Origin: Ascidiella aspersa
Lineage: Eukaryota
Direction: 5' to 3'
Assembly (NCBI GenBank): GCA_963924565.1
Contig: OZ004607.1
Coordinates: 24,304,001-24,368,000 of the forward strand
Length of the DNA stretch: 64,000 nucleotides
Shown here one piece after another: positions 30,001 through 42,900 of this stretch; the stretch's first letter is position 1, and the number at the start of each line of letters is the position of its first letter. The position numbers were made by a program, and so were the translations under genes. The notes beneath the pieces are model-generated. The model had not been told where the DNA came from. It made no database searches and was given only the letters and a program-made list of their open reading frames with translations.

Positions 30001-33000
30001 ACGCAACCAAGTATAGCTTATAGTTTAAGTTTCCCTAAGATTTTTATTGGTTGGTACCAAACAGTGTTGTAAAAAAGTCATTTTGTCCCAGTCAAGTCAT
30101 TTGAAAAATAACTTAAGTCCAAGTCACATCCCAGTCAAGTCATTATGAAAACAAGTCAATTTTAAGTCTTGCCATTGACATAAAAGGAAACTGTTAAACT
30201 ATTAAAATTGTTAAACTCGTTCGATGATAAGCAACAATTTGAAAAAAAATAATTTAATGTGAAAAACTTTAGATAACATTTAATGAAAAATACTTAATTT
30301 AATCCAAAGTTATTTGACAAAATGACTTAAATCCAAGTCAAGTCATTTGTCCAAAAGACTTCAGTCAAGTCAAGTCATTTAAAAACAGTGACTTTAGTGC
30401 ACTTACGTCAAGTTAATGATATTAGTCATTACAACACTGGTACCAACCCTTTTAAAGTCCTATAAACTACGTCATCCTACATATTTCAAAATTTTCCAAT
30501 TTAAAATAAAAATTTTTGCAGTACAGCAAGGAGATACATTGGATATACTTGCTCTAAAAACAGTGTGCGTGGATCTAAAATGCAACCGTAGATATTCCTT
30601 TTTGTCATTAAGTTGGTTTGTTGGTGTTGTACCAGGCTCTCGCGGTGGTCGCGGTGGTGGTCACGTTACTTTGGTGGCTGGTCGAAGGCTCACTTTGGAT
30701 GGAAGCATTACTGCTGCAGGAGAACATGCCTTGGTGAACGACAAGCAAAGCTCTGGCGGATCTGGAGGCTGCTTGGTGATCGTCGCCACTTCGATGGCTG
30801 GAGTTGGAACAATGACGGTACTTGGATTTTTTGACTGCAAACTACGAACATTTAGGATTACTATAAAAAATTGTGGGCATTTAGTAAAAGTTATATAACT
30901 TTTGAGTAACTTTAGCCTATTTGTTCTCGTATGGAAGAATGTAAAATAGTTGTTACTGTATTTTTTTCTTCTTAGAATTTATGCTATTTTTTCGTCGCTA
31001 CTATTTGCAACTGCTTTTATGTATACTTTTAACTTTTTTAGAAGGCATTCGTATATAGCGCTAACGTAGTTATTGGCATTTTGTGAAATCTATATCTAAA
31101 TTGAGTAAGAATGTTTAGGGTTTTTGTTTGGAAAAATAGTTATTTTTTAAAGAAGTTATTAACTTTTACGAGTAATAAAGACAACGAACTAAAACATATT
31201 TTTTTATGTAACCGCAAAATAAAGTTATAGGCCTATACATTTTGTTTTTTTATGAAGTGTTCATTATTCAACTACAAACTTAGATATTTTCAGATCTCGA
31301 ACTAATTTGGCTATCGGGATATAATCCAAAAGTATTCACTAATCTAATCGTGAATCGGCGAATATCTTACTATTTTTGCTTCCTGATTTTAGACTCAAGG
31401 TGGCCGTGGATACAGTTGGACTGAACACATTAACAACAAAAACTACGAGTTCGGAACCGGCGGCGGAAGTGGAGGAAGAATTGCGATCCACGTCACTCAG
31501 AGGTCTTCAACATCCGCTTCCAGCTCCACCTTGGAGGGATTCCAATTCCGCGGCAGCACGACAAGCAACGGCGGTGTCGGATACGGTTTCGGTTTTCCGG
31601 GAACAATTTACGTGGAGGAGACGCTGGAAGAACTCGAAAGTCTGTTAGGAAACATGACCAACTCGACCGACTCTCAACAGAGTTCTTCACTATCAAGTTT
31701 GTACCTTTTCCGAAATTCCTAAATTCCTACTTATCCATACGTAATTTATTATGTTTTGCAGATTAAAGTGTTAATTAAAAAAACAAAATCAAGCGACCTT
31801 GTTGCTACAATTTTTGACACAATTTATTAGTAAAACTGCCACCAAGTGCGTTTGAATTACAATGCTTTAAATCAAACTGCATTCCTTTTTATGTCAGTAA
31901 CCACAAAAACTCGTGTAAACAATCCTTTAAATTATAGTTGCAGACCGTCACATACTGCAAGCCGAGGCAAAGAAAACTCTCATCGTCGATAATTCCAAAG
32001 GCGACGCGAGCAGTTTGCAATGCGTCATGATCGGCTGGTACGACGATCTCGAACTAAGTTGGCAGGGCAACGACCAAGCATCGACCCTGGCTTTGACCGA
32101 ACTCCGATTGACCGGCCGCGGTTGCGTCTACTTGAGGAATTCCGCGAGAGTCAAAGCAACCCAGAACGTCGCGGTTGAGGTGGACAAACTGTCCGGTGAC
32201 GGAACCGGCTGGGTGCTTGTCAATTCCAACCAGGTGTTCAGTGTTTCTCCTCAAGACGATAGGGTTGAGATCGACTCCAATGTCAGACTAGACAGGTGAC
32301 ATCATAAATCAGCTGTTTAAGCATATATGTGTTTTTCAGGTATTAAATGCTACGTTATTAATCTATTCTATTTGACAACCTCTTGTGCTGTTTTGTAAAT
32401 TTTACAACTTACTTCATAGTTATATCTAATTGGCATAGTTTATAGGCAAGTTTCTCGTACCGCTAACAGCGAAAGAATGTTATTAGAGTAAACCGACATT
32501 TGCCGTTGTCAGTCGTTCAGGGCAGTATTTTTTAAATACTTGTTTAGAAGCGGCATCCTGCGTGTGCCAATATGTACCCGAACCAACGCTCAGTTGACAG
32601 TGGCCGGTCACCTTTCCGGGGCCCTGCACCTGACGGTCGGCACCAGTCATGGGGATGTCAGTCTGCAAAAGACCGGATTCACATCGACCAGCAGATGCCA
32701 GACCAACTTGAAGAGCAGCAACACGACTTGCGCGGTGTCGGCCGAAAACCCAGGCACTTATCGATTCTCGAAGCTCACTGTGTTGGCGAACGCTCGCCTC
32801 AACTCTCAGGACACGAACATCAGAGGCGCCACCGACAACTACAACCCTATAGTTCTACGAATTTGCAGCAGGTAAGTACCCTTGCTAACACTGCGTAGGT
32901 TTTGTTTTCACGCCTAAACGTTTACACGGCGTCGTTGTGCGAAGGTTTGACGTCGATGCCAGGTCTGTTTTCAACATTGGCGACTCGGTGAACGTCGCTT

Positions 33001-33995
33001 CCAGACTCTTTAAGCTGGAGCTCGGAGCAACTGTTAACGCCAACAGCGCTGGATACGCGGCACAAAGCGGGCCTGGGGCAGGACGAACTTGCAGCTGTGG
33101 CGGTGGAACTGGAGCAGGACACGGCGGCGTTGGAGGCTATGCAGATTCACAGTGAGTGTATACTATGAAATTTATTCGAATCGTTTAAACCTTATTGTTT
33201 AACCGCGTACTTCAACTGCAGAAAATGCCCTGGCGGCCCAACTTACGAAACTGCGTGTTTCCCATCGATTGTCGGAAGTGGAGGTGGAAATGGAAACGGA
33301 GGATCAGGTATGTTTTCTACTAATATAAATCATTTGTCGGGAACCTGCGACGAGCCTGACAACCTAATGAAACTGGCAGCGGAATGTTGTAAAATTTTAA
33401 TACATGGCATCAGTACACACCTGGTAATGTTGTACAATTATTCCCTTTATGTGACTTTTTTATAATTGGCAATTTTTTATGAAAAAAATTAAACGTATTG
33501 TAACATGAAGTACATGTAACATAAAGAAATTCAAACATTTAGTAACTTATTTTTATGACTTTATACTCGCACGATCAGTTTTACTCGTAAAGTATTTTGC
33601 TTGTATTGTAAGTGTGTCTTACTTTACGATGTTTTAATGTAGGATTTAACATTTAATTTTAAAAGGCGGCGGTGGCCTTCACCTATCCACCAGCTCCCTC
33701 GGTTTACTGGACGGCATCTTCACCGCAAGGGGCGCCAACGCGGGTACCTACGCCGGCGGCGGTTCAGGAGGCTCCATTGCAATCAACAACTTCTGGTCGC
33801 AAGGCTGGGGTCAGGTGAAGGCGGATGGCGGGGACACGACAGGCTCCTACACCTGCTATCGATGTTGCACAAGAGTAGGTGGCGGCGGAGGAGGCGGACG
33901 ACTGAAAACTCACTCACCTACCGGCATTTCGAAGCCTCTATTCTGGCACCGATCAGTCAAGGGCGGAACCTCGCCTTCTTACCATGGAAGCGTCG
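1..33995 (+). CDS. Segment: about 10.5 tandem glycine-rich repeats (about 430-480 aa each), exons 1-62
   Basis: The motif order GAGHGG, YGSxxxPxxxGSGGG, LxLDGxL, GGGSGGSI, GHG, GGGAGGRIA, GTxY, LxVDN, YxFDE, HKFxGDRTG, APCxFxID recurs. GGR[IVL] markers near 547, 3447, 6412, 10365, 12815, 16256, 21788, 24335, 27751, 31472, 33892; GDxxG markers near 1311, 3890, 7791, 11074, 13877, 19380, 22548, 25150, 28686, 32195. Confidence 0.85.
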
Positions 33996-36900
33996 GCTCG
34001 CTCTGTCCGGTCTCATCTGACAGCTACTTCAAGTATTTCGATTCCGATAACGAGTTGTCGTCTTGCGGCTGTTCGTCGAACCTAACCATCGCCCTACGAA
34101 GCCACTTGTGTTCCGACCGCGGCTACTACAACGAATCGACCGCTTCGTGCCAGTGCGACGCCGGCTACGTCGGCTTCACCTGTCAGTACCAATGCGATGA
34201 TGAGACAACTTGCAACGGACACGGCAGCTGCAGTCACGAGACCGGCTGCTGTGCGTGCTCCGACGGATACGTTGGCCTGCGCTGCGAGCACTCCTGTATT
34301 TCGCAGGAGCACTGCAGCAACAACGGCGTGTGCAACGAGTTTGGAGAGTGCGAATGCAACCCTTGCTACAGCGGCAAAAACTGCGATCTCTTCTGTGGAA
34401 CGAACGTTACCGACCCAACAGCCAGTCAACGCGGCGTTTGTCAGAATGATCAATGCCAGTGCGAAACATGTTATGCTGGTGAGAGAGTGTTTAATACATG
34501 ATTTAATATGTATGTATTCATTAATATGTAGTGTCCATGGTATAAGATTGCGCACGCTATGTTTTGGAACTTTATTATGCTTAAAAGGCATGTACATTGT
34601 ACAAACAACAGCGCGCATCATGCTCTTTATACTTGTCATGATTATAGCCATTTATCATTGTCAGCAGCCTAACCTTTGCATATTATATATCATAAGGTCA
34701 ATATTGTGAGCTGGAATGTTCGTCTCGGGGATCCTGCGTCCACTACGATGGGCAAACTAAATGCGGTTGCGACGAATACGATCACTGGACCGGCGACAAG
34801 TGCGAAGTTCCGAGGTGCGCGGGTGCGGTCCTCGTCCCGGTCGAAGAAACGGACGAAGGCGGTTCGAACAGCACCGTCACTAAATATTGCTCCAATCACG
34901 GAATCTGCAACACCGCCCAGCACACCTGCTTCTGTGAGCCAGAGTGGACTGGCGCGGATTGCTCGGTGCCCGATTGCCCAGGCGAACCCGATTGTTCCAA
35001 CAGCGGTGAATGCATAGTCTCTTCCGAAACTGGGAAGCCAGTCTGTGAGTGCCGTGACCAATACTACGGATCTGCGTGCGAACGGCTTTGTGGCCAAGGT
35101 AACGTCACTGGCGACCAGTGCGTGTGCGAGTTGTGCTACACTGGGAAAGACTGCAACGGCGTGTGTTCCGGCTTCGGAAGTTGCGATCGAGATCTCGGGC
35201 GTTGTGCTTGCGACCCGCTCTCCGGCTGGCGCGGGGACCTTTGTGAAGTCCCAGGCTGCCCCGGTTACGACAACCAAGACTGCACCGGTCACGGGGAATG
35301 CCTCAGCGCCACACACGAGTGCGTGTGCGACGCGGGTTGGCGAGGCGTGGCCTGCAACGAGCCTGATTGTCCCGGGGAACCGGACTGCTTCGGCAAAGGA
35401 AACTGCTCAGCAATTAAACCAGTCGCTCAAGCTGACATATCTAAAGACCTGCTTGGAAGAGATATATGGTCGCCTGTCTGTGTCTGTGTCTCAAGTTGGA
35501 TGGGCGCCGACTGCAATGAACCGTGCCTTCACGGCGAACAGGTAAAGCGTATAAAACAGTTTGCGTTGTCCGATTACATTCCTGCTTTACTCATGTGATG
35601 TAACTTTTACGCACTTCTTGTTTAAATAGGTTCCGGCCAACAGCGGAAACTGTGTTTGTGAAGCTGGTTGGGCGGGAGTCGGATGCAATTCGGAATGTTC
35701 CGGAAACGGTCAAATCGTTAACGGCATTTGCGAGTGTTTTTACAATGCTGGCTTTAAGGGCGAATTGTGCGACGTGCCAGGTGAGATTTCGATTCGGAAT
35801 AGATTTGAATCTAAGTTCAATATTAATGAGGAGTTGTAATGCAGGATGTCCTGGTTTGAATGGATTGGATTGCTCGAACCGTGGTGATTGCGACAGCGTG
35901 ACTGCAGAGTGTACGTGCAACCCTGGCTGGCGAGGAATTGGCTGTGAATACCCGGATTGCCCAGGTCAGTAATTTAAGATAATTTAATCGCAGGCTATAT
36001 AGCCATCAAAAAAACGGCTGTGCCTATTAATGTTACAGTTTTATTGTGTTTGTTACCAATTAGACAGATTGAATAGAGGCCGTATAATACGCATTATACA
36101 TGCCTTTAGGTGAACCGGATTGTCACATGCGAGGAACGTGTAACGGGAATGTAGATCCACCCGTGTGCGTGGATTGTCATTCGAACTGGATGGGAATCGA
36201 CTGTAACTCCCCATGCCTTAATGGAGTGCAAGTATGTGACTTGTTTGTTATTTTTGTAAACAATCATTTAACGTCTAGTATTGGTGATAACGGGTTTCAA
36301 ATTTCAATAAAAATATGAAAGCCATAATATTCGATAAAATCGACATTTCGCAGTTTACAGACGTTTCAGCAATACCTCGTGTCAGGTTAAAAATCTATGA
36401 AAGATAAACGCGATAAAAAAGTAAAAGATAAACGTGATAAAAAAATAGCAAAAAAAGAAGGCGATGTATGGATCAGTGTGTACCGCTAGGTTCCAAAGGG
36501 TTTTAAATTGTTTTTACACCTTATTTCGTTCTATATTTTACCGAAATCGATAACTGCTATCCTAAAGGATTTTTCTAAATCTTTTTTTTATAACTGTATC
36601 CAATTTAATTGTTAAATGAATTAAGTGTTTTTCACGAAATTATTTGCAAAGGAACCTGCGAACAGCGGAAATTGTGTGTGCAACTCCGGTTGGTCCGGTT
36701 CCGGATGCAACTCGGAATGCTCGGAGCACGGAAAGATCGTGAACGGATCTTGCGTTTGTGATTACTCCTCCGGGTGGAGAGGACCAGTCTGCGACATTCC
36801 GGGATGCCCGGGATTGAACGGACTCGATTGCTCAGGACGAGGTAAACCGACATTTGTTCATCTTCAATTTTTGGGGGTGCATGATCTTAGGACTGTTTAT

Positions 36901-39900
36901 AAAAACGGGTATAAAACATGAAATCATTTCTCAAAATTTTACAGAAATATATATTTAGCCTTATAAATAGGCATCATCAATTTCCTAATCGAAGTGTTTC
37001 AGATTTTTGGATACACTATATGCACGGACCTGTAATGTGGCTTGATAATGAGTTAAAAAGCCAAAAAGGTCGAGTAGATCGATATCTAGATTAAGACGTT
37101 TCGATACGAACTTGTATCATCTTCGCAGCGTCTTAATCATGACGATATCGATCTACTCGATCTTTTTGATTTTGAATTTTATTTTCAAGTTTCAATATTT
37201 TTGTTGTTATTATGAGTTGTTAGGCTCCCTAGTGTTAGTTATTTACATATAACACGTAAGGCTGTAGTCCTAAAAATTATTTTAAAATAAAAACGTCAAA
37301 TTTTCAGTCAATAATACAACTGAGTAATAAGGCGGACTATACTAAAAATAAGAATTTTTTGCAAGAACTGTAGTTAAACGTAAATAAATAATTAGGCTTA
37401 CATGAAAAAAATCATTGACACTTGCCGCATGGTTGTTCCTCGACTCGCTCCTCTCTGAGCCTGTGTAGCTCAGTTGGTAGAGCGAAGGTCCCGGTATGAC
37501 CGGAGATCGTGAGTTCCGGCCTCACTGCAGGCTAGTTGTTTTTCTGGCTTGTCCTGCTTTATTATTATTGATCGACAGATTGGGGAAGTCTGCGATGGCA
37601 TTTCGTTGTACTATTAGAAAAAATAACCTGCACATCATTTTCTCCACACTGCAGGAACGTGCAACAGCGCGACAAGCTCGTGCGAGTGCAGGCCTGGTTG
37701 GGTGGGCATCGGTTGCGAGGAACCGGACTGTCCTGGTGAACCGGACTGCAACGGACGCGGCAGATGCGACCAAACACAATACGATCCTCCGCGCTGCGTC
37801 GATTGCGCCTTGAAATGGATGGGAGACGGTTGCGAGAAGGTTTGCCTGCACGGCGTCCAGGATCCGCCCAACAGCGGAGTTTGCCGCTGTAACGCTGTGA
37901 GTGCATTGTCAGTTTGATTAAAATACATTTTTCTGTAAATATATAAAAATGTCAAACAATTATTGAAAACGGCCAATTATGAATCGCTGCCACTTATTTG
38001 TTTGGAATAGGGATGTCCGATATTGACCATTATATTCCGATACCGATACCCGATATTTTGGACAAAACTTATCGCCATCCTATTCTAAATGACGTCATAC
38101 CTATGCTTAGTACATTTAAAATAGACAAAATTAAAACGTTAAAAGTTCATTGTTCCACATCATTAAGCCAACTGGAGATAACTGAACTAGTGCAGTTACC
38201 CCAAGTTGCTAAACTATTTTTTTTGAAAAAAGATTCCTTTAACATTATTAAGGTTGTGTTGAACCGCAAATCATGGTTGAAATTGTTGTATTAACTTGGT
38301 ATCGAATCGGCAGAAATACCACCCTAGTATCTAACGAGTACCGATACTACCTCTTGGAATTGGGTATCGGCGCCGATCCGATATTATTGAAAATCCCTAC
38401 TTTACAGTGCATATTTTTTCTTAAAACTTTTAAAAAAGTTTCGTGCGGGAATGTTTGAGTTGTATAACATTCTATTGAATAGAGACGTAAACTTCTTATG
38501 ACCTTTAAAACAATAGGACATTCTCAATAGGAGGTGTAAAAGTAAAAGCAAACGAAGTAGAACTCTGAGATATGTAGCACGTAATTACTACTATTTCAAT
38601 ACAAAATAAAAAAAAACAAAAAAACACTGCACTAAAATAAAGTTATGCGGCGACCTGAGAACCTTATCCATGCTTAGTGCTACGCCGGCTCCGGTTGCAA
38701 CGCGGAATGTTCTGGGCATGGTTCTTGTGACGGATCGACTTGCTTATGTGACGTGGGCTACTGGGGCGACCTGTGCGAGATTAAAGGCTGCCCGGGAGAT
38801 GTGCTGTCGTGTTCTGGCAAAGGAGTCTGCAACGTTGAAAACCAGGTAATTTGGAGATGCAAATTGATTCTTCTTTTGTCCCATAATGAGGCCTATTTAC
38901 GGCATAGTTATTATTATTGTGTTTATTAAGCTTGGTTTGAAAAAGTAAGTTGCCTGAAAATTTTATTGCACAAAAATGTTTTTCTTCGGGAGCGTCGTGT
39001 TGATTTTTTGTTAGGTGCTTCGAGGTCCCAGGAAATTGTCTCGCGGACCCCAAAAGGACCGCGGACCCCAGTTTAAGAACCACTGGCTTAGGGCTTGAAT
39101 TTAACAGGCACTTTAAAGATTGTTATCAGCACATCGTTTCTTGAAATCAACTACTGAGTAACAAACATAATATGCTCTAACCACATGTGACTCTTAGCGC
39201 GTTTTATGTGGCTCTTTTCTTTGTGTTGTATTTAAGTTTTGTTAGGATGTACAGTGCCAATTTAAATTTCTTATAGTTACCGATTATTACCGTTTCCTAC
39301 CAAGGGTCTATAATTTTTTATAAAAATAAGTCAATAGATTTGAATAAATGCAGTCTAACAAGGGTAGGTTTTATGAAGGAGGAAGGAGAAGAATTGCATT
39401 CGTTTCTATCTTTGTGTAAGCTGTGCTTCCACGCGTTTAATAAAATGAGAAATGCGACTATCGGCCTCCTACTGCTTGTTCACCCCTTCTCATTATTATA
39501 TAAAAATAAATATTTTGTCAGTAAATAACCTTTTGTAAATCGTCTTTATTCCACCAATGTTGGACTAAAAAAAATTGTCGTTTCAGGTATGTGTTTGCAA
39601 CGAAGGCTGGGCCGGTGCAGGTTGCAACGAAACGAACTGCCCTGGCACCCCCAATTGCAACGGTAATGGAGAATGCTCTGCCGAGCCTTACTACATGATG
39701 GTTCCCGATCAATTCGACTTCGGTAAACTGGTCAACAGGCTCGTCGAAATACCTCGGTGCTTATGCAACGACGGATTTATCGGAAATGGTTGTCAAACGC
39801 GTTGCGTCAACGGCCAGAAGGTGAAAATACGTTGCAAATGGCAAAACTGACTGGCGTATAAGATATTGTATATACAATGTTAAAGGCGTTTATATGTCGG

Positions 39901-42900
39901 CAAATACGTTGTAAGACAATGTATGATATTTTGTTATGGACTAAACGAAGAGTTTAATTATTACTCTTGTTCTGGAGAAAAACTATACCAAAAATAAAAT
40001 ATATAATTAGAAACTATGGGCCTTTCTATTTAGATCATCGAAAAAAAAACAGTGTTGTTAAATGGGGAATTATTCAGATGATTTCCCATATGAACGAATT
40101 ATTTCCTATTATTAACTATAATTCGTAATCACTATATTATTACTATAAAATAAACTGTTATCGAACCATTTATGTTGTTACAGTCTGCCGACGGCCAAGC
40201 TTGCATATGCGATCGTTGCTACTCTGGCTTGGAATGCGACATTGAGTGCTCAACCCAGGGAACTTGTGACGTCGATTTGGATGAATGCGTTTGTCATCGT
40301 GACGTTGGCGACGCGTGGGTCGGGGACAAATGTCAATATCAAGGTAAAGTTTCATAATGAGGTCAATATCAAAGGAAAGTTTAATTAATAGGCCAAGGTA
40401 ACATTTTATTCTAAAAGGTAAAAAAATATACGACCATTGTGTTTGTTGTGATCAATGCTTTCGTATTCTTCTTTGTTGTGCTGACAACATTTACGTTTAC
40501 GTCGGTGGACTAACTTATTATTAAACTCTTGTTTTGTTACATTCGTATACCTCTAACTAGGAGAGTTACATTCGTAGTGCATTTTTGAATTCCAAGCATT
40601 ATTAATTTATCAAGGCTGTAAAGCCCTTACAGCGAACTCATACTTGCGAAAGGTTGTATTTTTCTTTATAGATATTTGAGATTCACATTTTTAGTAGGTG
40701 CGTTGATTTGCAAATATGATTGTAAACCTGCAAGCTACGTCTACCGTAATAACGCAGGTTGTCCGGGACTCGACGGATCTTGTAACGGAAATGGAGCTTG
40801 CTCTGTTGAGAACGGACTGTGCGAGTGCTACCCAGGGTGGGAGGGCGACGATTGCTCGAAACCTGCTTGTCCCGAGGGCTGCAACGGAAATGGGGAATGT
40901 CTGAACACTTCGCCTCGACGCTGCAAGTTCGTAAAAAAACATTTAATTTTTTACGGCAATACAATGGTCCCGAAGGAGTCAACTGGTTTGCTTCACTTAT
41001 TCGTTAAAAAACGACAATTAACGTACTTATATGTGTGATTAATTTTAACTATTTGTGTGGTTAATTAGCTTCGGTTGATAAGCGCATCTTCACTGCGCCT
41101 ACAAATGAACTAACAACGTTAGTAAAATTGTAGTCGTTATTCATCTTAAACTCAGGGGTGAAAGTTGGTCGATGCGTGCATAAATATGCAACTGAAGTTG
41201 TAGGCTAAATGCATCCAACGAGCTTGTGACGAAGCTTTTGTAAAGCAAACATTGTGATTAACTTTGAAGTAGGTACTGTTAGGTAATATTTTGGAGGGAC
41301 TTAAAAGCTGAACAATAAATCGCCCTGTGCACTTAAGACATGTTATTTTCGCACTATTGAGAAATAATAACTAACTTTTTGGTCAGGAACTCAACGAAAT
41401 TGTCTAATTTCGAACATCAACCTTGGCTACTACCATCGAATATCCCTGGTTTATTGGTTAAATTGTCAAAAAAGGAGATGATAGTGAGAGCACTGAAAGT
41501 TAGCGCGCAATGCAAGTGCATTTGCAAAACTATTGGTTTTATAAAGTGACGTTAGATGCACCGGCTTTAGACCTGAAAATGTCATTTAAAAAACGCTAAA
41601 ATATTCCAAAACCAAATATTATTCGCGCGAAAAAAGCACTAACGTTTTCAAGTACAAGATTTGAATAGGCCAAACATTGGGACATGGTCTCGTGAAGAGT
41701 GATTACATGTTCACCGGTAAGCTGTTCCCGGCATAAAATCATCTACCGAAACACTTTTACGGCCGAAATAAAGGTTTCGGACCGTTTCAGATTAGTTTCA
41801 GCACTGTCTAAACTAGTGTGATCGACTTGGCAGGTGTGAAGCGAACTGGGGTGGCGAGTTCTGCTCCGAACCTTGTGTAAACGGAACAAACTCGGATGGA
41901 TTCGGGTGTGTTTGCGAACCGTGCTACGCGGGCGTTGGCTGCAACTCTATCTGTTCAGGTAACTTAAAACTCACCTTCTCTGCAAGAAAAACACCTTTCC
42001 TATCTTATCTAAAATTATATTAACTAATTAAACCCTAGTTTTAATGGTTAATTTTATAATATATAAAATCAATAAAGAATTTTCAAACATAATAATCAGT
42101 TTAAGTTTGGCCTATGAACAATTTATAATAATAAAAAATTACACTTTGAAAACAAAATTTGATAACAACAATTTTGTTGGTAGACAGTGTAATTAACTGA
42201 ACGTGACAGGGAGATCTGGAAAAAACAAAGCTATGCCTCAATATATGTACATAATCTCTTTTCCAGGATTCGGAGAATGCCTACAGAACAGCGCCGACGA
42301 GTCTTACTGCCAATGTTACTTCGAACAAGGTTACAAGGGCCCCACCTGCTCTGTGGGCGGTTGTCCCGGTTGGCCACTTGATTGCACTGGACACGGAAGT
42401 TGTAACTTGGCTGTGAAAACTTGCGAGTGCAATCCAGGCTGGAAGGGGGTCGCTTGTCATTTGCCTGACTGCTTTGGTGAGTAATTGAGCGAAAGGTTTC
42501 TATGAGCCAGTTGTTTTCAAACTGTGCGTTGCGACGCCATAGTAATTCCGATTCGTATCTACCCTCTGTTGCCGTAATAAATGCTTGCAGGTTTTATTAT
42601 TATTCCCTGACATTCGCTTTCGAATTTATTCTTTGAAAAAATGCTGTAATTGATTATGACGTTATGAAACAAACCAACAATTAAGTTTGCTTTTCGTGAA
42701 AACTAGTAAATTCCTATCCCGGGTGCGTCCCAAGTCCACCCATCTATTTTAAATGCATCGCATAGTTTGAGAAAAACTGATCTGACTGCAGTGATGTAAT
42801 TTGGTGCTGTGATCAGTCTAAATTATGACTTGAATCTTGAAGTTTGATATTTAAAATGCTTCCTGTGATAACGGGTTATACAAATGACTGGTTCAGGTAA

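Noticed and set aside
1-33995. Bacterial contamination or a prokaryotic operon suggested by the Gly-rich repeats
   Set aside because: The region is split by about 60 phase-consistent GT-AG introns containing animal-type MITEs, and it joins the EGF array within a single exon (33666-34478).
34094-35316. Long minus-strand ORFs (185 aa, 208 aa) and alternative-frame plus-strand ORFs over the EGF exons
   Set aside because: They are shadows of GC-rich, Cys/Gly-codon-biased exons. Their Ala/Val/Thr-rich translations have no motifs or independent splice structure.
37459-37533. Functional tRNA gene (apparent GGT anticodon), also at 52074-52148
   Set aside because: The anticodon arm is aberrant (no U33, stem broken in copy 2, 2 extra nt), each copy has a different A- or B-box defect, and the flanks are co-amplified as a repeat.
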